From contig CAWKHF010000009.1 of NCBI GenBank assembly GCA_963849325.1, positions 288,001 through 352,000 of the forward strand: 64,000 bases of DNA. Direction: 5' to 3'. Source of the stretch: an uncultured Planctomycetota bacterium (GTDB lineage Bacteria > Planctomycetota > Planctomycetia > Gemmatales > Gemmataceae). The notes beneath the pieces were generated by a model. That model searched no databases. It was given only the letters and a program-made list of their open reading frames with translations, and was not told the origin of the DNA. Positions 63,546 through 64,000 of the stretch are shown in pieces (position 1 is the stretch's first letter; every line of letters starts with the position of its first letter). The position numbers were made by a program, and so were the translations under genes.

Positions 63546-63869
63546 TCAGTAGAGGGGAGTAAACTCTTCAAATTCAAAGCGATTCACGAGCGAGGTTTTC
63601 GCTTCCTTGGGCGTCAGCAAGATCAGCAAGTTGATCTGGTCCCACCATTCTTCCGGCAAGGTATGAATGGCCTCCCAAACCGCTTTGCCGCGATCCGTCT
63701 GATCCTTCCGGGCGAAACGCGGATCGATGACACGGACGCGAACGCACGCCGAGTTGGATCGCTTCACGTCGATTTGGGCACGAGGATGTTTAGCCCCGTA
63801 GGCTTTGGTCAGCTCCTCGCGAAGGTGGCGGACATACGAATCTTCCTGTTTGCGGTTGTTGACACCCAT
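63546..63869 (-). CDS. Small alpha/beta (BolA/MNT-like) protein, probable antitoxin of the upstream HEPN-like gene
   Basis: VRVRVIDPRF...R...VWEAI..LP...LILLTPKE; starts 1 nt after the upstream stop. Confidence 0.6.
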   Translation of the reverse strand: MGVNNRKQEDSYVRHLREELTKAYGAKHPRAQIDVKRSNSACVRVRVIDPRFARKDQTDRGKAVWEAIHTLPEEWWDQINLLILLTPKEAKTSLVNRFEFEEFTPLY

Positions 63870-63870
63870 C

Positions 63871-63999
63871 TTAGAACCTCCCGTGCCCCCAGCGGATAAT
63901 CTCCTCCGTAGCGGTCAAAAAGGTGTCCGCGTCCCTCCGCGTTTGGATGGTTGGATCGTAACGAAGGTTCGTCGTCCATCGACTCACATCGGTGAGGGC
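63871..63999 (-). CDS. 3' end of a HEPN-like protein (truncated by the window)
   Basis: Translates ALTDVSRWTTNLRYDPTIQTRRDADTFLTATEEIIRWGHGRF*; W...LRY followed by a terminal helix. Confidence 0.55.
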   Translation of the reverse strand, partial: ALTDVSRWTTNLRYDPTIQTRRDADTFLTATEEIIRWGHGRF

Positions 64000-64000
64000 C

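Overview
High-GC bacterial DNA, almost certainly Planctomycetota and probably Gemmataceae-like (DUF1559 prepilin-like gene, DUF1501 with a PSD1 cytochrome gene, DUF4058, many palindromic repeats). Many conserved genes (bamA, ilvD, ubiD, pfkB and others) are broken by single-base indels, which looks like long-read assembly error, so I give reconstructed gene spans. Most of the window is housekeeping or envelope genes. Three things stand out. (1) A five-gene minus-strand operon at 28293-32089 encodes a JAB/JAMM peptidase, a 60-aa small protein ending VPCHY rather than Gly, an E2/UBC-fold protein with its catalytic Cys, an atypical ThiF/E1, and a ~410-aa unknown protein. It is a candidate new bacterial ubiquitin-like conjugation system with a non-canonical modifier. 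(2) Two homologous ~270-nt non-coding elements (47255-47529 and 48367-48642) each consist of a c-di-GMP-I aptamer joined to a conserved, covarying 3' RNA domain. They flank a free-standing NUMOD4-HNH endonuclease, and one copy has no credible gene to regulate. (3) Smaller finds: an integron attC site with no integrase in the window, a sigma54 promoter with no downstream gene (possible sRNA), a ModE-HTH/ModA fusion, a pseudo-receiver protein, and several toxin-antitoxin insertions. All family calls come from reading motifs by eye; no database searches were run.
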